From Candidatus Zhuqueibacterota bacterium (GTDB lineage Bacteria > SM23-31 > JBHPGK01), in assembly GCA_042570605.1 (NCBI GenBank), contig JBHPGK010000002.1:1-58780 (forward strand): DNA of 58,780 nucleotides, given 5' to 3'. Below, piece by piece: positions 1-8,293 of the stretch. Each line of letters opens with the position of its first letter. Positions within the stretch are counted from its first letter, which is position 1. The notes under the pieces are model-generated. The model was not told the origin of the DNA and did no database searches. It saw nothing but the letters and a program-made list of their open reading frames with translations. Made by a program: the position numbers and the translations under genes.

Positions 1-51
1 TCCTGTGCCTGTGGATGCAATTCCCGATATTGGTGAAAATCAGCAGATAGT
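1..51. repeat. Terminal 51-nt perfect inverted copy of an internal cusA segment (reverse complement of nt 1904-1954)
   Basis: By direct comparison, the reverse complement of 1-51 is actatctgctgattttcaccaatatcgggaattgcatccacaggcacagga, which is identical to 1904-1954. The match breaks at nt 52 versus 1903. Confidence 0.95.
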
Positions 52-2115
52 CTTTTCAGAAAATCCGACAGTTCTTAATACTTTCTCAACCGGAGTAAAA
101 GTCCAGTCAAATCCTTTCCAGATTACAAGCCCAAAGATCAAGATGGCTGCCGGAAGAGAGTAGAAAATTATTTTATGTTTAAGAAAATACCTGAGAAGGT
201 TCTCATAATATTTTAGAAAGAGTTTAAAAAATCCGAGTACAAGACCAATGAGTAATATTACAAATATTAAGTTTACAAAAAGTGACTTTCCTACACCAAG
301 CGGCATCCAGTGATTTGTCAAAAATATTACTACGAAAAATGCCGCTGCATAATTAATTGATTTTCGTACCTTATTTTGAACATTATCGGTAAGAAGCGAT
401 TGGACAAACCGGTATACACCGAAAAACAATATAATTATACCTACCCACCATGTAATAAAAATAAAAGCTGTTATTCCTGCAAAGACAATTAATAAATTAG
501 CCAATTTAAGCCATTTTACTTTTACCGGATTCTTTTTATTCCCAAAAAAGAAGTATGCAAAAGTCGGGAGCAAAAAAAGTGCAGTAAGAACAGAAGCTAT
601 AAGCGCAAAAGTTTTTGTAAATGCAAGAGGTTTAAAAAGTTTCCCTTCGGGTCCTGTCATTACGAAAACCGGCAGAAATGCGACGACCGTTGTGCTGATC
701 GCAGTAATTACAGCACCACCCACCTCGGTAGCTGCAGAGTAAATTATATCAAATTTCTTTTCATCAGGACCGGCATTATCAAAATGCCTGACAATATTTT
801 CAGACATGATTATACCCATGTCAACAATTGTTCCGATCGCAATAGCGATCCCTGAAAGCGACATGATATTTGAGTCGATCTTACCGATCTTCATGGCAAT
901 GAAGGACATTAATACAGCTAAAGGAAGCAGCCCTGATACCAGTATCGAGCTTCTTAAATTTATCAGTAAAATAATTACTACAATTATGGTTATAAGTATC
1001 TCACTCGTGATCGCATCCTTAAGGGTTCCCAGTGTCTCATTAATTAGTTTGGTCCTGTCATAGAACGGAACAATTTTCACCTTGGAAATAGTACCATCTG
1101 CTAATTCTTTTGACGGCAGGCCGGATGATATCTGTTCGATCTTCTTTTTGACGCCGTTTATTACAGCTAACGGATTTTCACCATGCCTGACGACAACAAC
1201 ACCGCCGACAACCTGTGCACCTTCTTTATCAAGCGCACCTCTTCTGGAAGCAGGTCCGAAAGATACACGGGCAAAGTTTTTCAGAAATACCGGAGTGTTG
1301 TCATGTTCTTTAATAACGATATTTTCAACATCTTCAAGATTTTTCAAAAAACCGAGGCTTCTTACAATATATTCTACACGGTTGACTTCGATCGTCTTTG
1401 CACCTACATCGATATTACTTTTCCTGACCGCATTTACAACCTCTCCAAGAGTAATATTAAATGCCCGCATTGCATCGGGGTCAATATCGATCTGGTATTC
1501 CTTGACATACCCTCCTACCGAAGCAACCTCGCTGACACCTTCTACAGATGCAAGCTGATACTTGACATAATAGTCCTGTATCGTCCGCAGCTCATGAAGG
1601 CTGAAATCCCTGCCTTCGAGCGTATACCAGAATATCTGACCTAGTGCGGTAGCATCAGGACCAAGCGAGGGTTCCACACCTTCAGGCAGATCCTTTTTCG
1701 AAGTACTTAGCTTTTCAAGAATCCGCGATCTCGACCAGTAAAAATCAATATCCTCTTTAAAGATCACATAAATAGACGAAAAGCCAAAATATGAAAAACT
1801 TCGGATAGTTTTTACTCCGGGAACTCCGAGAAGAGACACAGTTAAAGGATAAGTTACCTGGTCTTCTACATCCTGGGGTGACCTGCCCATCCATTCTGTA
1901 AATACTATCTGCTGATTTTCACCAATATCGGGAATTGCATCCACAGGCACAGGATTGCGGGGGAATATATCAGAATTTATGTCAAAAGGCATTACATAAA
2001 TGCCCCAGAAAAAAAGCAGCATGAACAGTACTATTACAATAAGTCTGTTTTCAAGTCCAAAACGGATAAGATTATTAAGCAGACTGTTTTTTACTCCTGA
2101 ATTTTTATATTCCAT
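40..2115 (-). CDS. cusA: CusA/CzcA-family heavy-metal efflux RND permease, N-terminal part only. The apparent stop at 40-42 lies inside the terminal inverted copy, so the gene is truncated.
   Basis: The N-terminus (LIRFGLENRLIVIVL..., DAIPDIGENQQIV, first large periplasmic loop, TM2-6) is typical of HME-RND pumps. At 691 aa it is short of the >1000 aa expected. It sits downstream of an adaptor and an outer-membrane-factor gene in the same operon. An AAGGAG RBS lies upstream of the ATG at 2115. Confidence 0.85.
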   Translation of the reverse strand: MEYKNSGVKNSLLNNLIRFGLENRLIVIVLFMLLFFWGIYVMPFDINSDIFPRNPVPVDAIPDIGENQQIVFTEWMGRSPQDVEDQVTYPLTVSLLGVPGVKTIRSFSYFGFSSIYVIFKEDIDFYWSRSRILEKLSTSKKDLPEGVEPSLGPDATALGQIFWYTLEGRDFSLHELRTIQDYYVKYQLASVEGVSEVASVGGYVKEYQIDIDPDAMRAFNITLGEVVNAVRKSNIDVGAKTIEVNRVEYIVRSLGFLKNLEDVENIVIKEHDNTPVFLKNFARVSFGPASRRGALDKEGAQVVGGVVVVRHGENPLAVINGVKKKIEQISSGLPSKELADGTISKVKIVPFYDRTKLINETLGTLKDAITSEILITIIVVIILLINLRSSILVSGLLPLAVLMSFIAMKIGKIDSNIMSLSGIAIAIGTIVDMGIIMSENIVRHFDNAGPDEKKFDIIYSAATEVGGAVITAISTTVVAFLPVFVMTGPEGKLFKPLAFTKTFALIASVLTALFLLPTFAYFFFGNKKNPVKVKWLKLANLLIVFAGITAFIFITWWVGIIILFFGVYRFVQSLLTDNVQNKVRKSINYAAAFFVVIFLTNHWMPLGVGKSLFVNLIFVILLIGLVLGFFKLFLKYYENLLRYFLKHKIIFYSLPAAILIFGLVIWKGFDWTFTPVEKVLRTVGFSEKTIC

Positions 2116-2130
2116 AATCCGCAGCGCTCC

Positions 2131-3627
2131 TTAATGTTTATGTATCTCCTGAGAAACAGCAGGTTTATTCTGCACATCCAGAGTCATCATACTCTGCCTG
2201 GCTTTTATCTGCATCTCGCTGTCGATCTTGAAATTACCTTCAATTACTACATTCTCACCCTCTTCAAGCCCCGATTTTACAATGTATAAGTCACCTGCTC
2301 TTGGTCCCAGCTCAATCACCCTGCCTTCATATGTGGGCTTTTCTGCATCCGGGATCTCTACATATACAACTGCTCTTTTCCCGGTAATAAGGGGCGCCGA
2401 GGCAGGAATTACAAGGGGAAGCATTGTATGCATCTTCTGTGATTCCTTGTCAGGTACTTTTCCCTTTACAAGTTTCATTTTGCAGACACTGCAAGTTCCG
2501 GGTTCATCTTTGGGCTCCTGGCAATCCATCGGGCAGACATACTTTTCCACATAAGTCATTTCATGTTCATGAGCACCTTTTGGGATATGTACCTGCAGTT
2601 CACCTTTAACCAGCATTTCAGGCTTTAATTTCCTGTCGTTGTTTGGAATATTTACACGGACTCTAACAGTACGGGATTTTTCATTCATATACGGGTCTAT
2701 AAATCCGATCTTTCCTTGAAATGTCTCACCGGGGTATGCTTCAACCTCGAATTTCACCTCTTGACCTTTTTCCAGCCAGATCATATCAGATTCATAAACA
2801 TCCAGCCATGCCCATACGCCCGATAGATCTGCAATTGTATATATCCTTGTTCCCGTATTCAGGTACATTCCTTCGCTGCCGTTTTTGTTGATAACAGTAC
2901 CTGAAACCGGAGAAAAAATTGTTATGTGATCAGAGGGATTTCCATTTTCTATAATTTCATTGACCTGTTTTTCGCCTAAACCAAGAAGTTTCAATTTCTT
3001 TTGAGCCGATTCCAAAATTGATGCAGCCATTTTTACCGATTCGGGATTTCCTCTATCTTCAAATTCTTTTTTCGCTTTTACTGCCTGAAGTAGTTCTTCC
3101 TGCGCCGCTAAAAGCTCAGGACTGTATATATAAACCATTTCAGAACCTTTTTTAACTTCCGAACCTGTAAAATCATAGTAAAGTTTGTCAATTCTGCCGG
3201 GGATCCATGCCGTAACATAAGAGAGCCTGCTTTCATCAAAATCTATCTTCCCGGACAGTTTCACTGATTTGATAACACTTCTTCTTTCAACAGGAGCAGT
3301 TTTTATCTCAGCAAGAGCTTTAGCTGATTCTGACATTGTTAATGTTATTTCGCTTTCATCTTCTTCAGTATCCTCCAGCGGAATAAGATCCATAAAACAT
3401 ATCGGGCATTTACCCGGTTTTGGCAGTTTTATCTGAGGATGCATGGAACATGTCCATAATGTCTGGCTTCCGCCCCCATCTTCTTCTTTATGCTGATGTT
3501 CTCCTTCAGCCATAATCATGGTTTTTTCATTTTTTGTATTAGAAGAAGGAGCAAACAAATAACCTGTAATGAATGCTAAAATAATAAATACAGGTATTGC
3601 AGCTTTTTTAAGATTAAATGATCTCAT
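2131..3627 (-). CDS. cusB: CusB-like efflux RND periplasmic adaptor (membrane fusion protein) with two Cys-rich heavy-metal-binding modules
   Basis: It has an N-terminal signal/anchor. WTCSMHPQIKLPKPGKCPICFMDL and a second YVCPMDCQEPKDEPGTCSVCKMKL match the CPMHP...CPxCxM-type metal-binding module. Lipoyl/beta-barrel MFP core motifs are present, along with a His-rich N-terminus and C-terminus. Confidence 0.85.
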   Translation of the reverse strand: MRSFNLKKAAIPVFIILAFITGYLFAPSSNTKNEKTMIMAEGEHQHKEEDGGGSQTLWTCSMHPQIKLPKPGKCPICFMDLIPLEDTEEDESEITLTMSESAKALAEIKTAPVERRSVIKSVKLSGKIDFDESRLSYVTAWIPGRIDKLYYDFTGSEVKKGSEMVYIYSPELLAAQEELLQAVKAKKEFEDRGNPESVKMAASILESAQKKLKLLGLGEKQVNEIIENGNPSDHITIFSPVSGTVINKNGSEGMYLNTGTRIYTIADLSGVWAWLDVYESDMIWLEKGQEVKFEVEAYPGETFQGKIGFIDPYMNEKSRTVRVRVNIPNNDRKLKPEMLVKGELQVHIPKGAHEHEMTYVEKYVCPMDCQEPKDEPGTCSVCKMKLVKGKVPDKESQKMHTMLPLVIPASAPLITGKRAVVYVEIPDAEKPTYEGRVIELGPRAGDLYIVKSGLEEGENVVIEGNFKIDSEMQIKARQSMMTLDVQNKPAVSQEIHKH

Positions 3628-3647
3628 TATTAACCTCTTTATATCTT

Positions 3648-4952
3648 TTATTGAAAATTTAGTTCAGCACCTGTTAAGAACTCGAGTTCTGCTGCTTTTT
3701 TAAAATAACTGCTGATTGATTTTTCGTATTCAAGCTGAAACTGCAGCAGCAGTTTCTGAGAATCAATCAGATCCAGAAAACCGGATTTGCCTACTTTATA
3801 ACTTTCAAGTGTTACGTTAAGCGCTTGCTGAAGCCTCGGGATTATATTATCTCTATAAAGCTTTATTTTTCTTTCAGCATTAATTAATCCAAAATGTGCA
3901 TTCTTTATATCTGCAAGCCTCATATTTTCAAAGTCTTTATAATTAAATTCCTGAGATACAGCTTTCATTTCGGCATCATTGACTCTTGCCCTGTTTTTCC
4001 CGAACCAGAGCGGAATATTCATCGAAATCATTACCGATTGTGCATTTTTACCGGCATCACTGCTTAACGGGGCATCATCGGCTATCCACTGGTAATTATA
4101 CCCGATACTGAAATCAGGATAGTTCTCAAGTTTAGAAAGGTTAAATTCTCCGTCAGCTTTTTTTATCATCTTCATCCGCATTTTTAAATGTGGAGAATTT
4201 TTCCTGAAGACAGCGTATAGTGAGTCAATATTTATCTCAACCGGTTTAAACTCGATCTCTTCAGGATTTCCCGTCGCTTCAAAGGGAGCTTTTCCCAGCA
4301 GACCATTGAGTTTAACTTCAAATGTTTTTCTCATTTCAACATAAGTTTCATGGTCATTATATAGTTTTGACAATTCCACCTGGGCTTTCAGTACATCCTG
4401 CTGAGGTACTTGCCCTGAAGCATACATTGCCCTTGAGACACTCTCAAATTGCTTTAAAAGGTCAATATTGCGTTCAGTAATGGAAACTGCCTGCCATATC
4501 CAATAGAGGTCATAATAGACTTTTTTAACATTCGCAATAACTTCCAGTTTAACCGCCTTTAGGGCTTCTGAGAAAATTTCTGCGTCAGTTTCTTTTATCT
4601 TTGATTTTGCTGATAATTTACCGAACCATGGAAATTTCTGGGCAATCGATACGCCGCCTTTGATTGAACCGTTCCGCGTGGATATCTCTTCATTGAAATA
4701 AGTGAATCCTATTGTTGGATCCGGCAGTCCGGAAACGATCCCGGGTTGATTTAAAGAGGCTTTCCATCTCGATTCTGCAGCTGTGATCTTTGGATTATTT
4801 TCTAAAGCATAGGAAATTATTTCATTAAGTGATAAGGCTGAAATATTTTGCGGAAGAGTTGTTTTATTGTAATTCTCTTGCGGATATAGTGTCCCTTTAA
4901 TAAATAACATTACCGCAAAAATAAAAACCAGTTGAAGATGACTTTTTTTCAT
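3648..4952 (-). CDS. TolC-family outer membrane efflux protein (CusC-like)
   Basis: About 430 aa with a signal peptide and two repeated OEP-type coiled-coil/beta halves. Operon position is upstream of the adaptor and the RND pump. I prefer the second ATG (4952) because a GGGAG sits 6 nt upstream of it. Confidence 0.8.
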   Translation of the reverse strand: MKKSHLQLVFIFAVMLFIKGTLYPQENYNKTTLPQNISALSLNEIISYALENNPKITAAESRWKASLNQPGIVSGLPDPTIGFTYFNEEISTRNGSIKGGVSIAQKFPWFGKLSAKSKIKETDAEIFSEALKAVKLEVIANVKKVYYDLYWIWQAVSITERNIDLLKQFESVSRAMYASGQVPQQDVLKAQVELSKLYNDHETYVEMRKTFEVKLNGLLGKAPFEATGNPEEIEFKPVEINIDSLYAVFRKNSPHLKMRMKMIKKADGEFNLSKLENYPDFSIGYNYQWIADDAPLSSDAGKNAQSVMISMNIPLWFGKNRARVNDAEMKAVSQEFNYKDFENMRLADIKNAHFGLINAERKIKLYRDNIIPRLQQALNVTLESYKVGKSGFLDLIDSQKLLLQFQLEYEKSISSYFKKAAELEFLTGAELNFQ

Positions 4953-4982
4953 TAACATCTCCCAATAAAGTTTAAAAAATTT

Positions 4983-5264
4983 TTACTTTAACCTGCAGTT
5001 CGAATAAACCTTAATAAGTTCACCAACTTTCTCCTCAATATCCTTTTCATTACTGGACCTGAAAGCATGATTAACACATGTTTTAATATGGTTTTCAAGC
5101 AGTTTTTCGCTTAACTTGTGAAGTGCGGATTCTGCTGCTTTGATCTGGTTAATAATATCAATGCAGTACCGCCTCTCCTTAACCATATTGCCTATTCCCC
5201 TGATCTGTCCTTCGATCCTGTTGAGCCTTTTCAGACTTTCCTGTTCAAGTTTTTCATCCAGCAT
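4983..5264 (-). CDS. csoR: CsoR/RcnR-family (DUF156) metal-sensing transcriptional repressor
   Basis: 93 aa. RLNRIEGQIRGIGNMV...RYCIDI...H..TC is the family signature and includes the Cys-His-Cys Cu(I) ligand pattern. An AAGGAG RBS is present. It is the first gene of the copper efflux operon. Confidence 0.85.
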   Translation of the reverse strand: MLDEKLEQESLKRLNRIEGQIRGIGNMVKERRYCIDIINQIKAAESALHKLSEKLLENHIKTCVNHAFRSSNEKDIEEKVGELIKVYSNCRLK

Positions 5265-5294
5265 TCTTTACTCCTTCTTTAATGCATCACATAC

Positions 5295-5313
5295 TATACC
5301 CCCCTATGGTATA
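5295..5313 (-). promoter_or_regulatory. Candidate CsoR operator: C/G-tract pseudo-palindrome TATACC-CCCCTAT-GGTATA
   Basis: The arms TATACC and GGTATA are inverted repeats flanking a C-run, about 30 nt upstream of the csoR start. This resembles published CsoR sites of the ATACCC..GGGGTAT type. No binding data exist. Confidence 0.45.
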
Positions 5314-5392
5314 ACAACGCCAACTAATTATAAAGAAGTTCCGGATAATTCTCAAAATTGAAAATCCCTACTGTACGGGTAACTATAATATT

Positions 5393-5622
5393 GAGATTCT
5401 TCGCTGCCAGACTGTGTGAAAACGAGTATAAAGCGTAATAATAGGCTGTCATTACGAGGGAATCCTATTTTCCGGGACGACTGTCGTAATCTCATATCTC
5501 CTTACAAAACAATACTTTAACAGTGAGATTGCCACGTCGCTTCGCTCCTCGCAATGACAATCTTGGATAACGAAAATGTAAAAAACAAACGTTTTCACAC
5601 AGTCTGTGCGCTCAGAATGACG
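5393..5622 (-). repeat. Nested hairpin element of the GTCATT...AATCTC family, with two smaller family members inserted in its loop
   Basis: Read on the minus strand, the outer termini are GTCATTCTGAGCGCA ... GCAGCGAAGAATCTC. A 17-nt perfect inverted repeat (cagactgtgtgaaaacg at 5408-5424 and 5590-5606) forms the stem. The interior holds tgtcattacgag...tcgtaatctc (about 5447-5495) and gagattgccacgtcgcttcgctcctcgcaatgaca (5525-5559). Confidence 0.8.
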
Positions 5623-5642
5623 TTTTAGCCTGAACGGTGAGC

Positions 5643-5679
5643 GTCATTCTGAGCTTAACGAAGTGAAGTGAAGAATCTC
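5643..5679 (+). repeat. GTCATT...AATCTC hairpin repeat unit (37 nt)
   Basis: gtcattctgagcttaacgaagtgaagtgaagaatctc has about 31/37 identity to the unit at 20813-20849, and the next 6 nt (nTTGTT) are also shared. Confidence 0.8.
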
Positions 5680-5889
5680 ATTGTTTCCGCCCGAGGCGGA
5701 TCTGCCTCAGGTAGACAATTTGAAGTTGTTTTGTCCTCTAACTTATTATATAATAATAAATTATGTTTTAAATACATATTTTTTACCGGACAGTTCTAAC
5801 TGAAAATGATACAGTTTTTTGTTGTATTTCAATAAAGTCTGAAACAGAATATTTTACTGACGTAAAAAGTATATAAAAAATTCCGGGAA

Positions 5890-6240
5890 TTACTGTTTAA
5901 TTATTTTTTCCTTTTTTTCTTCCTTCTTTTCTTCCGGCTTTTCTTCAGGTTTTTTATCGTTTGCGGTATATCCTGCCTTAATAATTGCTTTTTCGAGATC
6001 TTCAACTTTTACTTTTGACTTATCATATTCGACATAAGCAACCTCAAGTTTAAGACCAACTTCGGCTTTTGTAACTCCGTCAACTCCATTAAGTGCCTTT
6101 TTTACCTTGTTAACGCACATTCCGCAGGTCATCCCTTTAATGCTGATAAAACTTTTGCCTGTTTCACCCCCGGCAAAGGACATCACTGAAAACGCAGCTA
6201 TCAGCAAGATAGTGAATAAAAATAGTGTTCCTTTTTTCAT
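5890..6240 (-). CDS. Secreted heavy-metal-associated (HMA) domain protein, CopZ-like, with a Lys/Glu-rich tail
   Basis: Signal peptide, GMTCGMCVNKV (MxCxxC) motif, and a C-terminal KPEEKPEEKKEEKKEK low-complexity tail. A GGAGG RBS is present. Confidence 0.8.
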   Translation of the reverse strand: MKKGTLFLFTILLIAAFSVMSFAGGETGKSFISIKGMTCGMCVNKVKKALNGVDGVTKAEVGLKLEVAYVEYDKSKVKVEDLEKAIIKAGYTANDKKPEEKPEEKKEEKKEKIIKQ

Positions 6241-6510
6241 ATCGCCTCCAAAAACTTTTAAACATTTTATTTAAGTATTTGCGTACTAAAATACTAATAT
6301 TATTTAAATTTGTCAATTTAAATTCAGGTAAATCTTTGGATTTCAAAACACAGTTGCTCTAACACAGCAAAAATTCTTAATATTTGAATAGACATTTATG
6401 GTTTTTGTATTATATTTAATTCCATATTACTTTTAATAAAAAATCATTTGTTTTTTTAATTTCAAATCCTGATTTTATGCTTTAATATCAATTCCATGTA
6501 TGGAGGATTC

Positions 6511-7962
6511 ATGAGTGATATAGATCCCGGCGAAATAAACAGGAGACAATTTTTCAAAATTTCCGGGGCAGCAGGTGCTGTTCTCGGCAGTGCAGGACTT
6601 GGGATGTTCGGTTATGCATCCGGAAAAGATCCGGGCACTTATCCCGGATGGGAAACATTTGAAGGCGGTGCTCAGACATTTGACAGGTCAGGTTGGGAAG
6701 TCGATAAACCTACTTACGAAAAGGTTGGTTCCACAAGAAGAGTGGACGCAAGAGTAGAAAATATTTTTGATAGACGAGGAAGGTTTTTCAGGCAGTGGAA
6801 AAATGAAAAGGGAATTGAGGGTCTTGATGAACTTCTGCAGAATTATTATAATGAGCATCCCGGAGACATTGAGCTTGACCTGCTGGACATGAATGAGATA
6901 AGCCCGAAACACAGGGAAGATACGGGAAAATACAGAGATAAGTTTATAATATCTACAGCCTGGTCAAATGCAATGGGTGCAGTATCTCCCCGCCCCGACA
7001 GCAGACCCCCTGAAGAGTCGGATTTTCCAAGGCGCAGTCGTTCCGGTGAAATGCCCGAACCTCTAAAAATGAAAGATCCGGAAAAAACTTCAAAACTGAT
7101 AAAAAAAATCGCTCACGAACTGGGGTCCACTCTCGTTGGAATAGCAAAGTTGAATCCGGACTGGGTTTACAGCTATCCTCACAGAGGGAGAGGTTTTGAT
7201 CCTGACAAACCTCTTGAAGTCCCAAAACACTGGGAATTTGCAGTGGTGGTTGGAACACCCATGTCCTGGGATCCGATGTATGCAAATCCAAACTACGGAA
7301 CCTCAAATGATGCATATTCAAGATCAAGGATTGCTGCTTACAGGCTCTCCTCGTTTATCAAACAGCTTGGATATGCAGCAAGACCGCATACACCGGGCAA
7401 CAGTTATGACCTCCTTGTTCCCCCGATCTGTATCGATGCCGGTATAGGTGAACAGGGGCGCCATTCTGTTCTCATAACTCCTGAACTCGGCAGCAACTTC
7501 AGACCTGCAATAGTTACTACAAATCTTCCTTTGAAACCCGACAAACCGATAGATATTGGAGTTCAGGACTTTTGCAGAACCTGCAAGATCTGTGCTGAAA
7601 ACTGTCCGAGTAATTCTATACAGTTTGGAGACAAAACTGAAGTACGCGGTTACAGGAAATACCAGATAAATGTAGCATCTTGCCTGAATTTCTGGAACTC
7701 CAATCTCGGCAACATGGGATGCAGGATATGTGTTGCGGTCTGCCCTTATACAAGAAAATCCAACTGGCTTCACAAAACAGCGTTCAATGTTTCTCTGCAC
7801 GACCCGACCGGTCTGGCAGACAAGGCTTTAACAGGGCTTCAGAAACGCCTTTACCCTGCTCCCGATCCGCAGAAATATTATATGCCCTCCATGGGCGGCG
7901 AAAATGCATCGTACAGGAAACCGCCGTGGTGGTTGAGGTCGGAAGATTTTATAGATTTTTAG
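6511..7962 (+). CDS. rdhA: Reductive dehalogenase homologue (RdhA) with a Tat signal and two Fe-S cluster motifs
   Basis: Twin-arginine motif RRQFFKISGAAGAVLG. CRTCKICAENCP (CxxCxxCxxxCP) plus C-x13-CRICVAVCPY is the characteristic RdhA second-cluster spacing. About 480 aa. The GGAGG at 6502-6506 favours the ATG at 6511 over the ORF-track start at 6496. Confidence 0.7.
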   Translation: MSDIDPGEINRRQFFKISGAAGAVLGSAGLGMFGYASGKDPGTYPGWETFEGGAQTFDRSGWEVDKPTYEKVGSTRRVDARVENIFDRRGRFFRQWKNEKGIEGLDELLQNYYNEHPGDIELDLLDMNEISPKHREDTGKYRDKFIISTAWSNAMGAVSPRPDSRPPEESDFPRRSRSGEMPEPLKMKDPEKTSKLIKKIAHELGSTLVGIAKLNPDWVYSYPHRGRGFDPDKPLEVPKHWEFAVVVGTPMSWDPMYANPNYGTSNDAYSRSRIAAYRLSSFIKQLGYAARPHTPGNSYDLLVPPICIDAGIGEQGRHSVLITPELGSNFRPAIVTTNLPLKPDKPIDIGVQDFCRTCKICAENCPSNSIQFGDKTEVRGYRKYQINVASCLNFWNSNLGNMGCRICVAVCPYTRKSNWLHKTAFNVSLHDPTGLADKALTGLQKRLYPAPDPQKYYMPSMGGENASYRKPPWWLRSEDFIDF

Positions 7963-7974
7963 GAGATTTTAATT

Positions 7975-8271
7975 ATGCAATTCTTTAACAGCGGATTTTT
8001 CTGGTTTATTGAAGGAATATTATTCTGCCTGGTAATTGCAGGATTTTATACCTGGACCAGGGAAAAAGGTATCCTGATGACGTTCTGGAAATGGGTGCTG
8101 TTTTTTGGATGGATACTGCTTTTTGGATTCACTATAGCATTTACAACAACAAGTCTTGGAGAAAATGAACCCGCCGCAGCTTTAAGAGGCGGTATACTGT
8201 TTGGAATAATTACAATTCTGTCCGGTGTTGGTCTGTGGAGGTTTATTATTTCAGGTTCTAAAACAAAGTAA
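7975..8271 (+). CDS. rdhB: Small three-TM membrane protein, RdhB-like putative dehalogenase anchor
   Basis: 98 aa with three predicted TM helices. It starts 12 nt after the rdhA stop and has its own AGGAG RBS. Size, topology and position match RdhB; the sequence family itself is poorly conserved. Confidence 0.5.
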   Translation: MQFFNSGFFWFIEGILFCLVIAGFYTWTREKGILMTFWKWVLFFGWILLFGFTIAFTTTSLGENEPAAALRGGILFGIITILSGVGLWRFIISGSKTK

Positions 8272-8293
8272 CTAAAAACCGGTGGTGTTTTTT

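Noticed and set aside
6164-6346. 60-aa minus-strand ORF overlapping the 5' end of the HMA gene
   Set aside because: It overlaps the HMA signal-peptide coding region in another frame. It has no RBS or motif, and the HMA gene has a strong GGAGG RBS.
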